Source: Somniosus microcephalus
Lineage: Eukaryota
DNA: 64,000 bases
Reading direction: 5' to 3'
NCBI GenBank assembly: GCA_052327205.1
Contig: CM126204.1
Coordinates: 278,566,001-278,630,000, forward strand
The position numbers and the translations under genes are program-made. Shown here in pieces: positions 34,849 through 46,639 of this stretch (position 1 is the stretch's first letter; each line of letters starts with the position of its first letter). The notes beneath the pieces are model-generated. The model did not search any database and was not told the origin of the DNA. It was given only the letters and a program-made list of their open reading frames with translations.

Positions 34849-37667
34849 TAAGACATCTTGTATCACTACACTCTCACTTCTAACATTTTAAATTAATCCA
34901 CCTTAATGCCGCTCTCTTTTACTTTCCAAATAATTAAATGAGTTTGGTTTTCTTACAGATTCTAACAGCTAGAATGGTTTGTTGTCAGCACTCAATTTTT
35001 GATAATAGTCATGAAGGCCTTTTTGATTAATTTAGGGTCCCTTATATTCCCTTATTAACCAAATTAGATAAAGCAAGCATTTCTGGTCCCCTTTCAAAGT
35101 GTTTTTTAAAAATCTGTTTCAATTTAAATTCCACAACATAAATAGTCAATAACATCACATCCAATCAAGAGCCTGTGGCTTCTGTTGTTCCCCAAGGCTG
35201 TGTAGTGAAATCTACTTTTACTGCTATGGATTTGCGATTTAAAGCATTAAAAAAAAAATCTCACAAGATGGAAATGCGTGCGAAGTCATAATATAACCTT
35301 TCACATATAATGCCAGTTTCTCAGACCATATTTCCTCCAGTTTTGTACTAACCCAGTCCATGGCATGTCTTATTTGAAATCTCTGAAGAACAAGTTCGAA
35401 TCATCTACATATAATTATCAATTACTAACATGCCAACTTTCAGCCTGATGTTAAGGTTTGCATTAGCACTCTTCCATTGAGGGAGACTTCGATTTTAAGT
35501 TACAGGGAAATGATAATATAGACATCAGTGAAACACATGAGATAGCTCAAGGTTGATAAATAATTCACTTAAAAATTCGTCTTCAATCCTACTGTTCCAA
35601 ATGTAGGTCCTTTTATCCCTACCATCCTTTAATGATGCTCACTTATCTGCATCCTCATCAACAGATCATTTCAGAAATTAACCTGAAAGATTAAACTGGG
35701 CCTGGATTATTTCCTGCAGGTCTGTCTGGTCTGTAAACAACTTGCCTCGATTGTAATAAATCCATTCTGCATCAGTGCATAGATACAAAATGCATCAGTA
35801 GAGATATGGACACATCCTCTAACAGTGTATCTCTCTGCACCCTAAGAGATCTTACATTACCAGTAATTCTTCTCTTCCTCCCTTTTCTTAAGCTTATTAC
35901 TGGCATTTTCCTTCTGCAATCCTGCACTGTGATGGAATTGCCTACCCGGCTTTAGTGCAGATTCAAACACGCTCTCAAAATTCAAATTTATTTACTTTCC
36001 CAGGATAACAAAAAATATCCACTTTCCTGTTATCTCACTCTAAATTTACTGATTTCCAAAAGTTTTGTTACAATACTATGCAAACGCCATCTTCATCGTA
36101 ATCTTAGGCATTCACTTACAGCAACATCACATTTTCCACACTCCTATTAAGACATGTTATTGATTACTGTCCATTGTATTGTAATGATGGGTACTGTAAA
36201 GCAGCCATTTTATCAAGGTTCTTCCAAAGGCTGTGTTTTTATGCAATGCCTATTCAACTCTAAAGGTCACCCTGGACAGCATCACTTTCCTTCTGGTCAC
36301 TGATGCTGCACTGAAAGTTCATTAAAATAAGCAGACAGAAAATAGTACAGCAAAATGTGTCCTGCTGATTTTATACGGTAGCCAATTATTTCATTTCCCT
36401 CGGCATAAAGGACATCACTTGGTCCATGTTCAAATACGGAGGCATATACAAACGGCATAACGCCTTGGCAGAATACCCGCAGCGGCGACAGTGCCGTCAT
36501 ACGTGCGATATTTCCATTCTTGAACAAACCCCCACCCCCCTCAGCTTCCAGCCCAGCTCTATTAGTGTTACTGAGTCCCCCTGTGTGAACAGTGAACCCG
36601 GCGTGATATTGCAGCCTGCTAACTCCGCCAGTCACTGGAAATTTCCACTTCTCCAGAATATCAAGCTCGTCATATAATAAGTATTCAAGAAAGCCAGTCT
36701 GCGTCTGAGCCACTGCGATTGCTCCCAGTGAGTCGGTGCTCTCCTGAAGTCCCACCGCCGAGATTTACAAATAATTGCCACCCAGCCGCTCCCCTACTTG
36801 TATTAAATTCTGCCCACATCTCCCTCGTTAGGTACAAGGGCTAAAACCGCTCGTCATCAAAATACCACAATCTAGTATTTTTAAAAAAAAATGGCCCATC
36901 CTTCCATCATACGTCCAACAAAAAAAGCCCCCGCACCGTCTCCTGGTTCTTTCCGATCGAGATACAAACCGAGAGCAATGCCTGTCCTTTCCCCATCTCA
37001 CTGGTCAGCCAGGTGCTGAAAGACGCACTCTGTTCATTTCTAATAAAAGATCACAGTAAAAGTACCAGAGCAAATTACAGCCCAGCCTCTATTCAGGCAA
37101 AAATATATATAAACAATCAAGTTTGCAGGTCGTCCACCGAACTATTCGGCAACAACAGTTTGTACAGGACACTGACCGCGGCCCCGTCCAATCCGGCACC
37201 TTTACTCATTTCACAGCGCTTGGGGCATCGGGCGATCCGACTGCTCCCGAAATAATCCAATTAAACTAAAGATGAAATTGAACCTACAAACATCGAACTT
37301 TTACTATAACACATACTGTAAAATGACACAAAGAGCGCGGCAAATAAATCCAACCTTCGTCTATTTTTAACAATCGCAAGTAAATTCGCACAAATAAAAT
37401 GATTGAAATGGAAAAATGTGTGAAGCATTACAAAAAAAATTCTGCATAAAACTGACACGTGGATGGTGCTGCTCTTCCCTGTTTACCGTCGAGATCGATA
37501 TATATTCTCCCGGGGCGTCAACAGTATCACAGTGACGTTTGGCAACACTACAAATAGCAGAGGGATGTTAATATTTTTTCACCCTCCTTTGTAAATGTTA
37601 CAATGCTGAAGTTGGCTTGTTACAGTCGGAGAAAAGTGGGTCGAGCCAGTGTTGGCCGCCCGTGTGT

Positions 37668-37693
37668 TTCAGCACCACCCGCCTTGGACAGCG
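37668..37693 (+). promoter_or_regulatory. Non-canonical (split) REST/NRSF RE1 site
   Basis: TTCAGCACC (37668-37676) + 9-nt spacer + GGACAGCG (37686-37693); the canonical spacer is 2 nt. Confidence 0.6.
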
Positions 37694-37900
37694 AACAAAG
37701 GAAAGGAGCCGAGCTTGGGGAACTAACTGTTTCCAAATAACTCCCCTTCGCCCTTTATTTAAAGGCGATTTCTTCAGACCCAGGCTTTTTTCAATCAATC
37801 AATTCACGAATTCATCCACCCAGAGCGACGTTTAGGGACAAACTCGTCTTAAAACGAAACACCAGCACCGGCAGGAAATGAGGAGCCTCTAAATTCTTAC

Positions 37901-37985
37901 CGAACATCTGAATGTGCCCTTTAGTGATGGGGTTGAAGCTCCCGCAGGCTAGCAGGATAACGTGTGTTTTAGTCGGCTCTGCCAT
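37901..37985 (-). CDS. NMNAT2: Nicotinamide mononucleotide adenylyltransferase 2, first coding exon (85 nt, phase 1)
   Basis: Minus strand CAGC-ATG-G.. translates [28 protein letters not shown]-(G). This matches the human NMNAT2 N-terminus as I recall it ([29 protein letters not shown]), including the GSFNPIT..H nucleotidyltransferase motif. Followed by the donor GTAAG (37900-37896). Confidence 0.97.
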
Positions 37986-38382
37986 GCTGCCCAGCTGCCC
38001 TCTGCTCCTCGCTGGCTTTCTCCCCTTCTCTGCAATGCGAGGCGAGGCTGGCTTCGGACCGTTTTACAGCCTCGGATGTCTCGCTGCTCACACACAGTGC
38101 GTCACCCATTGATTATTTTTTTGTTTTTTTTGTTTAGTGTCCCCGTTTGCCTCCAGCGTTTGGCGAGCCGCTATTGAGATTTCGATCGCCCGCAGCCACG
38201 GGTTTTAGCCGCAGGTTGGCTGAAGCATCTAAACGCTGTGATCAGATACTCGCTGCTTTGATTTGAGGGCGTTTTTGCTGTGAAATGTATCAACACATAG
38301 TTGTCTACCCAAAAAGAGCAGAGTTGGGTGAGTTTTTCCCCCACCACCTCGACTAATCTTCGGTCGGGAGCCGCTGGCTGCT

Positions 38383-38460
38383 CTGGGATTTGTATTTCGC
38401 CTGAGTCAGATTTCCCTCCACTACCGTCTGTGAGGAACTACAAATCCCAGATCCCATTGG
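38383..38460. promoter_or_regulatory. Inverted pair of ACTACA-NN-CCCAG (ZNF143/THAP11-type) motifs flanking an AP-1 site, plus a CCAAT box
   Basis: CTGGGATTTGTATTTC (38383-38398), TGAGTCA (38402-38408), GAACTACAAATCCCAG (38435-38450), ATTGG (38456-38460); about 400 bp upstream of the NMNAT2 ATG. Confidence 0.7.
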
Positions 38461-38727
38461 TGCGAGTCTACATTGAAGTGAAACGTTCAACAATAAAATA
38501 TTGAAATTGCAAGAACGGAAATGACCAAGACGCGAATTGAAAACTTGTGTGTGGGCGTAATGTGCTGTTTATAGTAACGCGTTCCTTTTTTGATAGTTAC
38601 TGTGGGTTGTCATGTTATTGACGTGTCTCCCCACCTGGGTTCTTTTTCCAAAGATCAACCTTCCACAATTGTGTGGCGTACTCCATAGTTTCAATGTCCT
38701 GGTCGTTGTGAATAACCTGCACACATG

Positions 38728-39195
38728 ATGAGATTTACTGGAATGGTACCAGGGATGAGGGACTTCAATTATGTGAAGAGACTGGAGAAGCTGTGGTTGT
38801 TTTCCTCAGAGCAGAGAAGGATAAGGAGAGATTTAATAGAGGTTTTTAAAATTAGTTTAAAATTATGAAAGGCTTTGACAGAGTCAATAAGGAGAAACTG
38901 CTTCCACTGGCAGGAGGGGCGGTAACCAGAGGACACAGATTTCAGGTAATTGGCAAAAGAACCAGAAGGAAGACAAGGAGAATGTTTTTTTCTACAGCAA
39001 GTTGTTGTGATCTGAACTGCACTGCTTGGAAGGTGGGAGCAGATTCAATAGTAACTTTCAAAAGGGAATTGGATAAATACTTGAAAAGGAAAACAATTGC
39101 AGGGCTCTGGGGAAGGAGCAGGAGAGTGGGACTAATTGGGTAGCTCTTTTAAAGAGCCGGCACAGGCACTATGGGCCTCCTGTGCTGCATGAGTC
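38728..39195 (+). mobile_element. Degenerate CR1 3' fragment
   Basis: RFTGMVPGM and MKGFDRVNKEKLLPLAGG.VTRGHRF CR1 C-terminal motifs; tail GGGCCTCCTGTGCTG. Confidence 0.8.
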
Positions 39196-39199
39196 TGTG

Positions 39200-39345
39200 T
39201 TCTGGTTGGAGTGACTAACTTGCACACATATGTCCTGGTTAGAGTGACTACTCACATTCACATACTGGAGTGAATACCTGTGCACAAGAACTGGTTAGAA
39301 TGAATACTGAAGCTCCTGTCCTGGTTAGAATGAATGTTTGAATAC
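39200..39345. repeat. Degenerate tandem repeat, about 30-bp unit (CTGGTTAGA(G/A)TGA..)
   Basis: About five decayed units; a related unit at about 38696-38727 on the other side of the CR1 fragment. Confidence 0.55.
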
Positions 39346-39744
39346 ATGCAATGGAATAATCCCTTTTGCACATGACGACCTAACAATGTGCAATTTGTAA
39401 AAACCAATTATATTAGTCAATGCTTTGTCCCATAAGAAATAGGAGCAGGAGTAGGCCATTTGGCCCTTTGAGCCTGCTCCGCCATTCAATAAGATCATGG
39501 CTGATGATTTACCTCATCTCCACTTTCCTGCACTATCCCCATATCCCTTAATATTCAAAAATCTTATCGATCTCTGTCTTGAATATACTCAACGACTGAG
39601 CCTCCACAGGCCTCTGGGGTAGAGAATTCCAAAGATTCATCACCCTCTGAGTGAAGAAATTTCTCCTCATCTCAGTCCTAAAATAACCAATCCCTTATTC
39701 TGAGACTGTGACACCTGGTTCTAGACTCCCCAGCCAGGGGAAAC

Positions 39745-42700
39745 TGTAGTGTCCGTGTGTTGATAAAGACACTGAAGACAGGAGTTGGTTCATAGGTATT
39801 TACTAAGCAAAGTCGGGGGGTGTTCTAAAGGATATACACAATACACAGGCTTATATAGCCCAAGTGGCAATTACCGGCATTACGCACACCTGGGGCTCGT
39901 AAAGGCACATACACCACAATTCCTCCCCTTTTAGCTAACCAGTACATCATATTTTAAGTAATTATTAATTACATGTTATATGCAAAATAATATACATTGC
40001 TGTAATTAATTAATTATAAGTTAGTCTCTCAGGAGGCTTCCTGACTCAGTCCAGATAACGCCTCGGGGGTGTAGTAGTTTCTGGTGGTGTAGTAGGTTCT
40101 TCTGGCAAGGCTGATTCGGCTTGAATGTCAGCGTCGGGTTCCAGTATCACCGGATTGGAGGTAGATATGGGTATCTCTACTTCATTGTTAGATGTATAGA
40201 GTGGTGGTGTAGGTTGTCCCTTTTCGGATGACTTTATGATTTGGTCAGCATGGCGCCTTATTATGCTTTCTCCGATGTCCACGGTATACATCAGTGGTCC
40301 TAGTCGTGTGCAGATGGTTCCAGGCTGCCATTTCTCGGTACGGTAGTCCCAGGCCAAAACCTGTTGGCCTATCTGGAAGGCCCTAGTTGGCCTTTCATTC
40401 ATGCCTTGAAACTGCCGGTTCTCCACGTCCCTTCTGATGTTGGGCTTGACCAAATCCAGCCGGCATCTTAGGTTTCTATTGAAGAACATCATGGCGGGAG
40501 TTTGGTTGGTAACCATATGTGTTGCATTCCTGTATGCGAATAAGAAGTTATCCACCTTGTGCTGAAGTTTTATGTCTTCATTACCCATGGCCTTTATGGC
40601 CTTCTTGAGGGTCTGGACAAACCTTTCAGCCAATCCATTGGTGGCGGGATGGTATGGGGCGGACGTGTAGTGCTTTACCCCATTGTTTTTTAAGAACTTT
40701 CTGAATTCTTCGGACACAAATTGCGGTCCATTATCAGAACATATCTGTTCCGGCAGCCCATTCCTGGCAAATATGGTCCTTAATACTGTGATGGTTTTTT
40801 CCGTGGTGGTGGAGGACATCTTTATTACCTCCGGCCACTTGGAGTGTGCATCAACCGCGATTAAGAACATTGAGTCCATAAATGGACCAGCAAAGTCGAT
40901 GTGCACCCTTTGCCAGGGAGATGAGGGCCACTCCCATGGATGTAGAGAGGCTTGTGGTGGAGCGTTTTGGACCTTCTGGCATCCTAGGCAGCTCTTGGTC
41001 ATTTCTTCGATGTCTCCATCGATACCTGGCCACCATACAAACGCCCTGGCTAGGTTCTTCATTTTCACTCCACCCAGATGCCCCTCGTGAAGCTCCTTTA
41101 GCACTTTATCCTGGAGTTTGGGTGGAATCACCACTCTGGATCCACACATCAAGGTTCCTCGGCACACTGACAGCTGTTCTCTTCTTTGCGAGAATGCTGG
41201 CAACAGTGGTTCGCCATGTGCTGGCCATCCCTTCACTGTTAAATCGTAGACCCGTGAGAGAGTCGGGTCATTTCTTGTCTCCCTTTCAATGGCAGAATTT
41301 GTCACTGGTAGACATTCCACTATGGTAGAGTGGAATATCTCTACTGGGTCTACTGTAGGTGCCTCTTCTATCGTTGGCAACGGTAGGCGCGATAAACCAT
41401 CAGCATTCCCATGCTGTTTTGACCCTTTGTATTCTATGTTGTATTGGTGTGCCCCTAGAAAAAGGGACCACCGCTGTAGCCTTTGTGCTGTCATAATGGG
41501 AACACCCTTTTTAGGGTTGAATATGGAGATGAGGGGTTGATGTTCAGTCAACAAGGTAAATTTTTGTCCGTGTAGGTAATGGTTGAATTTCTTTACTCCC
41601 AATACCAGGCTGAGTGCTTCCCTGTCGATCTGGGCATAGTTACGCTCAGCTGAGTTCAATGAGCGTGACGCAAAAGCTATCGGCCGTTCTGAGCCATCAG
41701 GGAATTTATGAGATAATACTGCTCCTATGCTGTAAGGGGATGCATCGCACGCCAGTCTGATTGGCAGTGATGGGTTGTAATGAGCCAAAACTTCTTTGGA
41801 TGTGATTAAGTCTTTGCATTTACGGAAGGCATTTTTGCAGTTTTTGTTCCATTTCCAAATTACTCCTGTTTGTAGCAGTTCACTAAGAGGGTGTAGAAGA
41901 GTTGATAAGTTCGGTAAAAATTTATGATAGTAATTTATTAATCCCAGGAACGACCTTAATTGTGAAACATTTTCAGGTGCTGGGGCTTTTATGACCGCCT
42001 CAATTTTCTCAGGTGACTTATGCAACCCTTCCTTATTTATTATGTGGCCACAATATGATATTTGATTTCGGAAAAATTCGCACTTGGGGCGAGTTGCTCG
42101 TAGGCCCCGTTCTCTCAGCCTAGTGAGCACCTGCTCTAAATTGGCAAGGTGCTCATTGTCGTTTTCTCCTGTTACAAGGATGTCGTCTAGGTAGCATGGA
42201 GTCCCCGGAATCCCTTGGAGGACTTGCTCCATAGCTCTTTGCCAGATAGCTGGAGCGGATGCTACTCCGAAAACCAATCGATTGTACTGGTACAGACCTT
42301 TGTGTGTATTTATCGTGAGATATTTTTTAGAGGCCTCTTCAACCTCCATCTGTAGATATGCCTGTGCCAAGTCAATTTTGGTGAAACGTTTCCCTCCGGA
42401 TAGTGAGGCGAAAATATCTTCTATCCTCGGAAGAGGATACTGTACCGTGTGAAGGACCGGGTTTACAGTCACCTTGAAGTCTCCACAGATGCGAATTTTT
42501 CTCTGTTCTTCAGATCCATCACCCTTCAATGCTTTCTTCATGACTGGGATGATGGGTGTTGCCCACTCGCTCCAATCTATTTTAGATAATACGCCTGCCT
42601 TTTCCAAATTCTCCAGCTCTGCCTCGACTGCTGGACGAATTGCGTATGGCACCGGTCTTGCCTTAAAAACTTGGGAATTGCTACATCTTCTACATTTATT

Positions 42701-44527
42701 GAGGCGGTGATGCCTTTCAAGGTTCCTAGTTTCTCTTGAAATACTTCCTTGGCGTTGGCCAAGATGTCTTTCAATCGTTCAGGTATGACGTCATCATCAT
42801 TTTTTTCCTTACTGGTCACCGTCAGTGCCTGAATGGAGTGCCAGTCTAAACGTATTTTTCTGATCCATTCACGTCCCAACAGCGGTGGACCACCATCTTG
42901 TAGAACATATAAATACAACTTTTGTATTTCCTTGCCGTTGTATACAACAGGCACCCTTATTTTTCCTTTGGGGTATACTTTCTGCCCCGTATATGTTTTC
43001 AAGATAATGGATGTATCTTTTAAAGGTATATGCAGAAATAGCCGCTCGTAATCCCGTCGATTTATGACGGTCAGAGCTGATCCTGTATCTAGCTCCATTT
43101 TAACTGGGGACCCTGCTATTGTGAGGGTAACCCAAATGGTCTGGTAATCTTCTTTGGCAATTACATTATGTAATTTGAGAGAGCTTAGTCTCTTGTTCCC
43201 GGAGTCGCTATCGCTCTTCTGGTCTTCAGAGCTACTGTCCGTCATCATTTGTACCTTTCTGTGATTTTCCTTATTGATTCTTTTCTCGTTAGTGGATTTT
43301 TTATTTTCAGATCGGCGCACACGTGGAATGTGTCCCATCTTTCCGCATCGCCTGCATGCTTTTTCCTTGAACCAGCAGTCCCTCTGGTCATGGGTGGATC
43401 GGCCGCAGCGATAACATCTCTCGAAACCCCGTGTCATTTCATGGGTGTCGAAGTCCTGTGGCCTTTGCTGTATCTTTGCAGCTCCTATTGCACTGAAAGC
43501 CTTGTCCAGTGTTAAATCTTTTTCAGAAGATACCTTTTTTTTGTGTTTCTACACTTAGGGGATCGCAGATGAATTTGTCTCGCAGAGAATCTGCCAGTCC
43601 TGCCTCGAATTGGCAGTGTAGGGTATCAACAATCTCCTCAAAATTCTTGTCCATCGGTTCGGCTGGAGTGATTAAGTTTCGTAACAGCTTGTATGTCTTT
43701 GCGCCCATTAGATCCAGAAGCACTGAAGCTTTTTTTTCATCTTCTATTCCATTTGCGGTGCAATATACCTCCACTCTTTCCACATATGTGGTCCAATCCT
43801 CTATCTTGTTATCAAAAACATTAATATTGCCAAAATTAGGCTCTGTTTCGCTATCAAAAGCATCAATATTACCAGACTTAGGCATTTCAGAAAAGATATG
43901 GCGCTTCCCGCCCTTTTTTTTTTCTCTTTTCTGTAGCAAGATATGGCGCTTCCCGCCGCTGCTGCCGATAACAACGCTGTTTACTGCTGTTCCCGTTCTC
44001 TTTATGTTTTTTAAAAATTTACTGTTGGAGACTCGTTCTCGCCGGAGGTCTGAACGCTGATCTGCTTGCTGCGCCGGCCGTCTCCCGAGTGCTCCCTCCC
44101 AGTCCGTTATTGCTTGCCTCCGATTTCGCTGCCTGTCTCAGCTGTAGAGCCCGCCGCTGGAGCCCCAGCCTGACGCCCAGGAAGGATTAGCGCAGTACCT
44201 GCCACCAGCTTGGCCAGCTGGTGAAACCACAGCTTCTTTCACTTCCTTGAGTCTTCTGGACGCCCGAGGAATCGATGTCCTTGAGGTGCTGCCGAATTGC
44301 CGGTAAGTCCGTTTCCACTTCGTCGCCACTGTAGTGTCCGTGTGTTGATAAAGACACTGAAGACAGGCGTTGGTTCATAGGTATTTACTAAGCAAAGTCT
44401 GCGGGGGGGGGGGGGGGGGGGGGGGGGGGGTTTCTAAAGGATATACACAATACACAGGCTTATATAGCCCAAGTGGCAATTACCGGCATTACGCACACCT
44501 GGGGCTCTTAAAGGCACATACACCACA
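39745..44527 (-). mobile_element. Ty3/Gypsy LTR retrotransposon A (full length, decayed gag)
   Basis: LTRs 39745-39918 and 44330-44527; GAAAC TSD; PBS TGGCGACGA (tRNA-Ser(GCT)-like); PPT AAAAGGGGAGGAAT. RT-RNaseH-integrase ORF 40046-42652 (YLDD; HHCC region; DDE: HIDFAG, SDNGP, AER). Confidence 0.97.
40046..42652 (-). CDS. Gypsy A pol (RT, RNase H, integrase), frameshifted from the upstream gag-protease
   Basis: 868-aa open frame with RT, RNase H (DAS..IAFASR) and integrase motifs; protease DTGS in 42577-43437. Confidence 0.9.
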   Translation of the reverse strand: MPYAIRPAVEAELENLEKAGVLSKIDWSEWATPIIPVMKKALKGDGSEEQRKIRICGDFKVTVNPVLHTVQYPLPRIEDIFASLSGGKRFTKIDLAQAYLQMEVEEASKKYLTINTHKGLYQYNRLVFGVASAPAIWQRAMEQVLQGIPGTPCYLDDILVTGENDNEHLANLEQVLTRLRERGLRATRPKCEFFRNQISYCGHIINKEGLHKSPEKIEAVIKAPAPENVSQLRSFLGLINYYHKFLPNLSTLLHPLSELLQTGVIWKWNKNCKNAFRKCKDLITSKEVLAHYNPSLPIRLACDASPYSIGAVLSHKFPDGSERPIAFASRSLNSAERNYAQIDREALSLVLGVKKFNHYLHGQKFTLLTEHQPLISIFNPKKGVPIMTAQRLQRWSLFLGAHQYNIEYKGSKQHGNADGLSRLPLPTIEEAPTVDPVEIFHSTIVECLPVTNSAIERETRNDPTLSRVYDLTVKGWPAHGEPLLPAFSQRREQLSVCRGTLMCGSRVVIPPKLQDKVLKELHEGHLGGVKMKNLARAFVWWPGIDGDIEEMTKSCLGCQKVQNAPPQASLHPWEWPSSPWQRVHIDFAGPFMDSMFLIAVDAHSKWPEVIKMSSTTTEKTITVLRTIFARNGLPEQICSDNGPQFVSEEFRKFLKNNGVKHYTSAPYHPATNGLAERFVQTLKKAIKAMGNEDIKLQHKVDNFLFAYRNATHMVTNQTPAMMFFNRNLRCRLDLVKPNIRRDVENRQFQGMNERPTRAFQIGQQVLAWDYRTEKWQPGTICTRLGPLMYTVDIGESIIRRHADQIIKSSEKGQPTPPLYTSNNEVEIPISTSNPVILEPDADIQAESALPEEPTTPPETTTPPRRYLD

Positions 44528-46639
44528 GAAACATCCTCCCTGCATCTACCCTGTCAAGCCCTGTAAGAATTTTGTATGTTTCAATGAGATCACCTCTCAT
44601 TCTTTTAAACTCTAGAGAATATAGGCCTAGTCCACTCAATCTCTCCTCATAGGACAATCCCCCCATCCAAGGAACCAGCCTGGTGAACCTTTGTTGCACT
44701 CCCTTTATGGCGAGTATATCCTTCCTTAGGTAAGGAGACCATAACTGTACACAATACTCCAGGTGTGGTCTCACCAGGGCCCTATATAATTGCAGTAAGA
44801 TGTCTTTACTCTGATACTCAAAGCTTCTTGTAATAAAGGCCAACATACCATTTGCTTTCCTAATGGCTTGCTGTACCTGCATATTAACTTTCAGTGATTT
44901 GTGTACAAGGACACCCAGGTCCCTCTGAACACCAACATTTCCCAATCTCTCACCATTTAAAAAATACCCTGCTTTTCTATTTTTCCTACCAAAGTGGATA
45001 ACTTCACATTTCTCCACATTATAAACCATTTGCATATTCTTGCCCACTCACTTAGCCTGTCTATATCCCCTTGAAGCCTCCTTGCATCCTCCTCACAACT
45101 TACATTCCCACCCAGCTTTGTATCATCAGCAAACTTGGATATATTACATTTGGTCTCCTCATCCAAATCATTGATGTAGATTGTGAATAGCTGAGGCTCG
45201 AGCACTGATCCTTGCGGTACCCCACTAGTTACAGTCTGCCAACCCGAAAATGACCCGTTTATTCCTACTCTCTGTTTTCTGTCCATTAACCAATCCTCAA
45301 TCCATGCTAGTATATTACCCCCAATCCCATGAGCCCTAATTTTGTTTAATAACTTCTTGTGTGGCACCTTATTGATTATAGAGAATACACCTTAGAGCTT
45401 GTAGAGAATACAGTTGTATTTAATTAATGACCCAGTGTTAGTGATCATATGGACTATTAAAAAGTGCCACCATCTTTTCAATATAAGAGAAGGGCTGCTC
45501 CCCATTTCTCCGGCCGAGGGGCGAGTAGGGGAGAACAGAAATATGGTGAATTTGGAGAACATCACTCTGCAGAATGAGGCTGGGTTATAGTGGCAACTGT
45601 ACAAAGGAATTAATCAGTTCAGACCAATTGTGTAACGTGATATTACAGATAAATCATATTGCTGCATATGCTTCCACTACCTATCAAGCCAAGTCTTATT
45701 TCATGCCGTGTAGCTACTATGCTAGAGACGATATCACAATCTGGTTAAATTATGGGCTGGTATTGTTTGTATTAACTGATAAATACAGGACAAATACAAA
45801 CGAAACACAACTTTAGGGACATAAACTATTTAATTGCTTGTTAGTTTTTTTTTCTAGGTCTAATTGAACGGAACAGAATACGTGAGTTTAAGCTGTGGGG
45901 CCTTCAGCTGGGTGGAATGAATGAGTGTAATTAGATTTCAACTGCTGGAATACTAATTCAGAGTCGGAGCAGACTGCAATGGTCTCAGGAAAGTGTAAAT
46001 GCTTTTAACATATATGCATTTAGAATATTGCAACATGCTATTTGGAACTGATGGGGTTTTAGCTCAGATGTTTCTGCAGCTACTCATTGCTTCAAACAAA
46101 TCATATTTTTCAGGCAAAAACCTGGAGGCTACATTGAGGTGCGCAGGTGTGGGATGTAATTTAGAGAACAACCCACAAGTCATTGCAGCCAGGGCCGGTT
46201 CCATATTAATTTTATGTTTGACGTCGGGAATCATTTTATATTTATAGAAAGCGAGCACGTTAAAAAATAACTTGTAATTTAAGTGCAATAGTGTTCTAGG
46301 ACTGTATCGACATCAACCTGCCCAGAAACAGTTAGAGGAGACCCCTTAACAATTAACACACAACACTTAAATAAAGAGATAGGAGGGAGATACCATCAAA
46401 CATATTTCATTTTGGAGATGCTTAAGGGTCAATTTAAATGCAGATGCTAAGTGTAACCGCTTTTTAAAAAATGACACTGCAATTATCTTTAAATAAATCA
46501 TGTATTTTAAGCTGGACAGGAGACTTGCTGGGGCAATATAAATTGGCTTTCAGTGCACATTCCAATATGACAGAACAGGATTTCTTCACTTTGAATCATT
46601 CTTTAAATATTAAGTTTAAACAAGTGGCTTTTAAACAGA

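Larger units (their letters stand above)
36300..38650. promoter_or_regulatory. CpG-rich region spanning the NMNAT2 promoter, exon 1 and proximal intron 1
   Basis: Non-repetitive sequence with CpG density visibly above the flanks; surrounds the exon. Confidence 0.75.
39431..45372 (-). mobile_element. 5'-truncated CR1 (minus), split by Gypsy A
   Basis: 3' tail at 39431-39744; RT at 44533-45372 (SGVPQGSVLEP, KFADD); sequence is continuous across the GAAAC TSD. Confidence 0.9.

Noticed and set aside
1-37900. NMNAT2 exon 2 (ERARDYLHKTG..) or later exons
   Set aside because: Not found by eye on the minus strand; a tblastn is needed to exclude it fully.
39200-39345. Repeat-spacer pattern resembling a CRISPR array
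   Set aside because: Degenerate eukaryotic minisatellite with non-identical repeats and no cas genes.
44403-44430. 28-nt poly-G in the Gypsy A 5'LTR
   Set aside because: Homopolymer expansion or sequencing error; the sister LTRs have 6-10 G/C.
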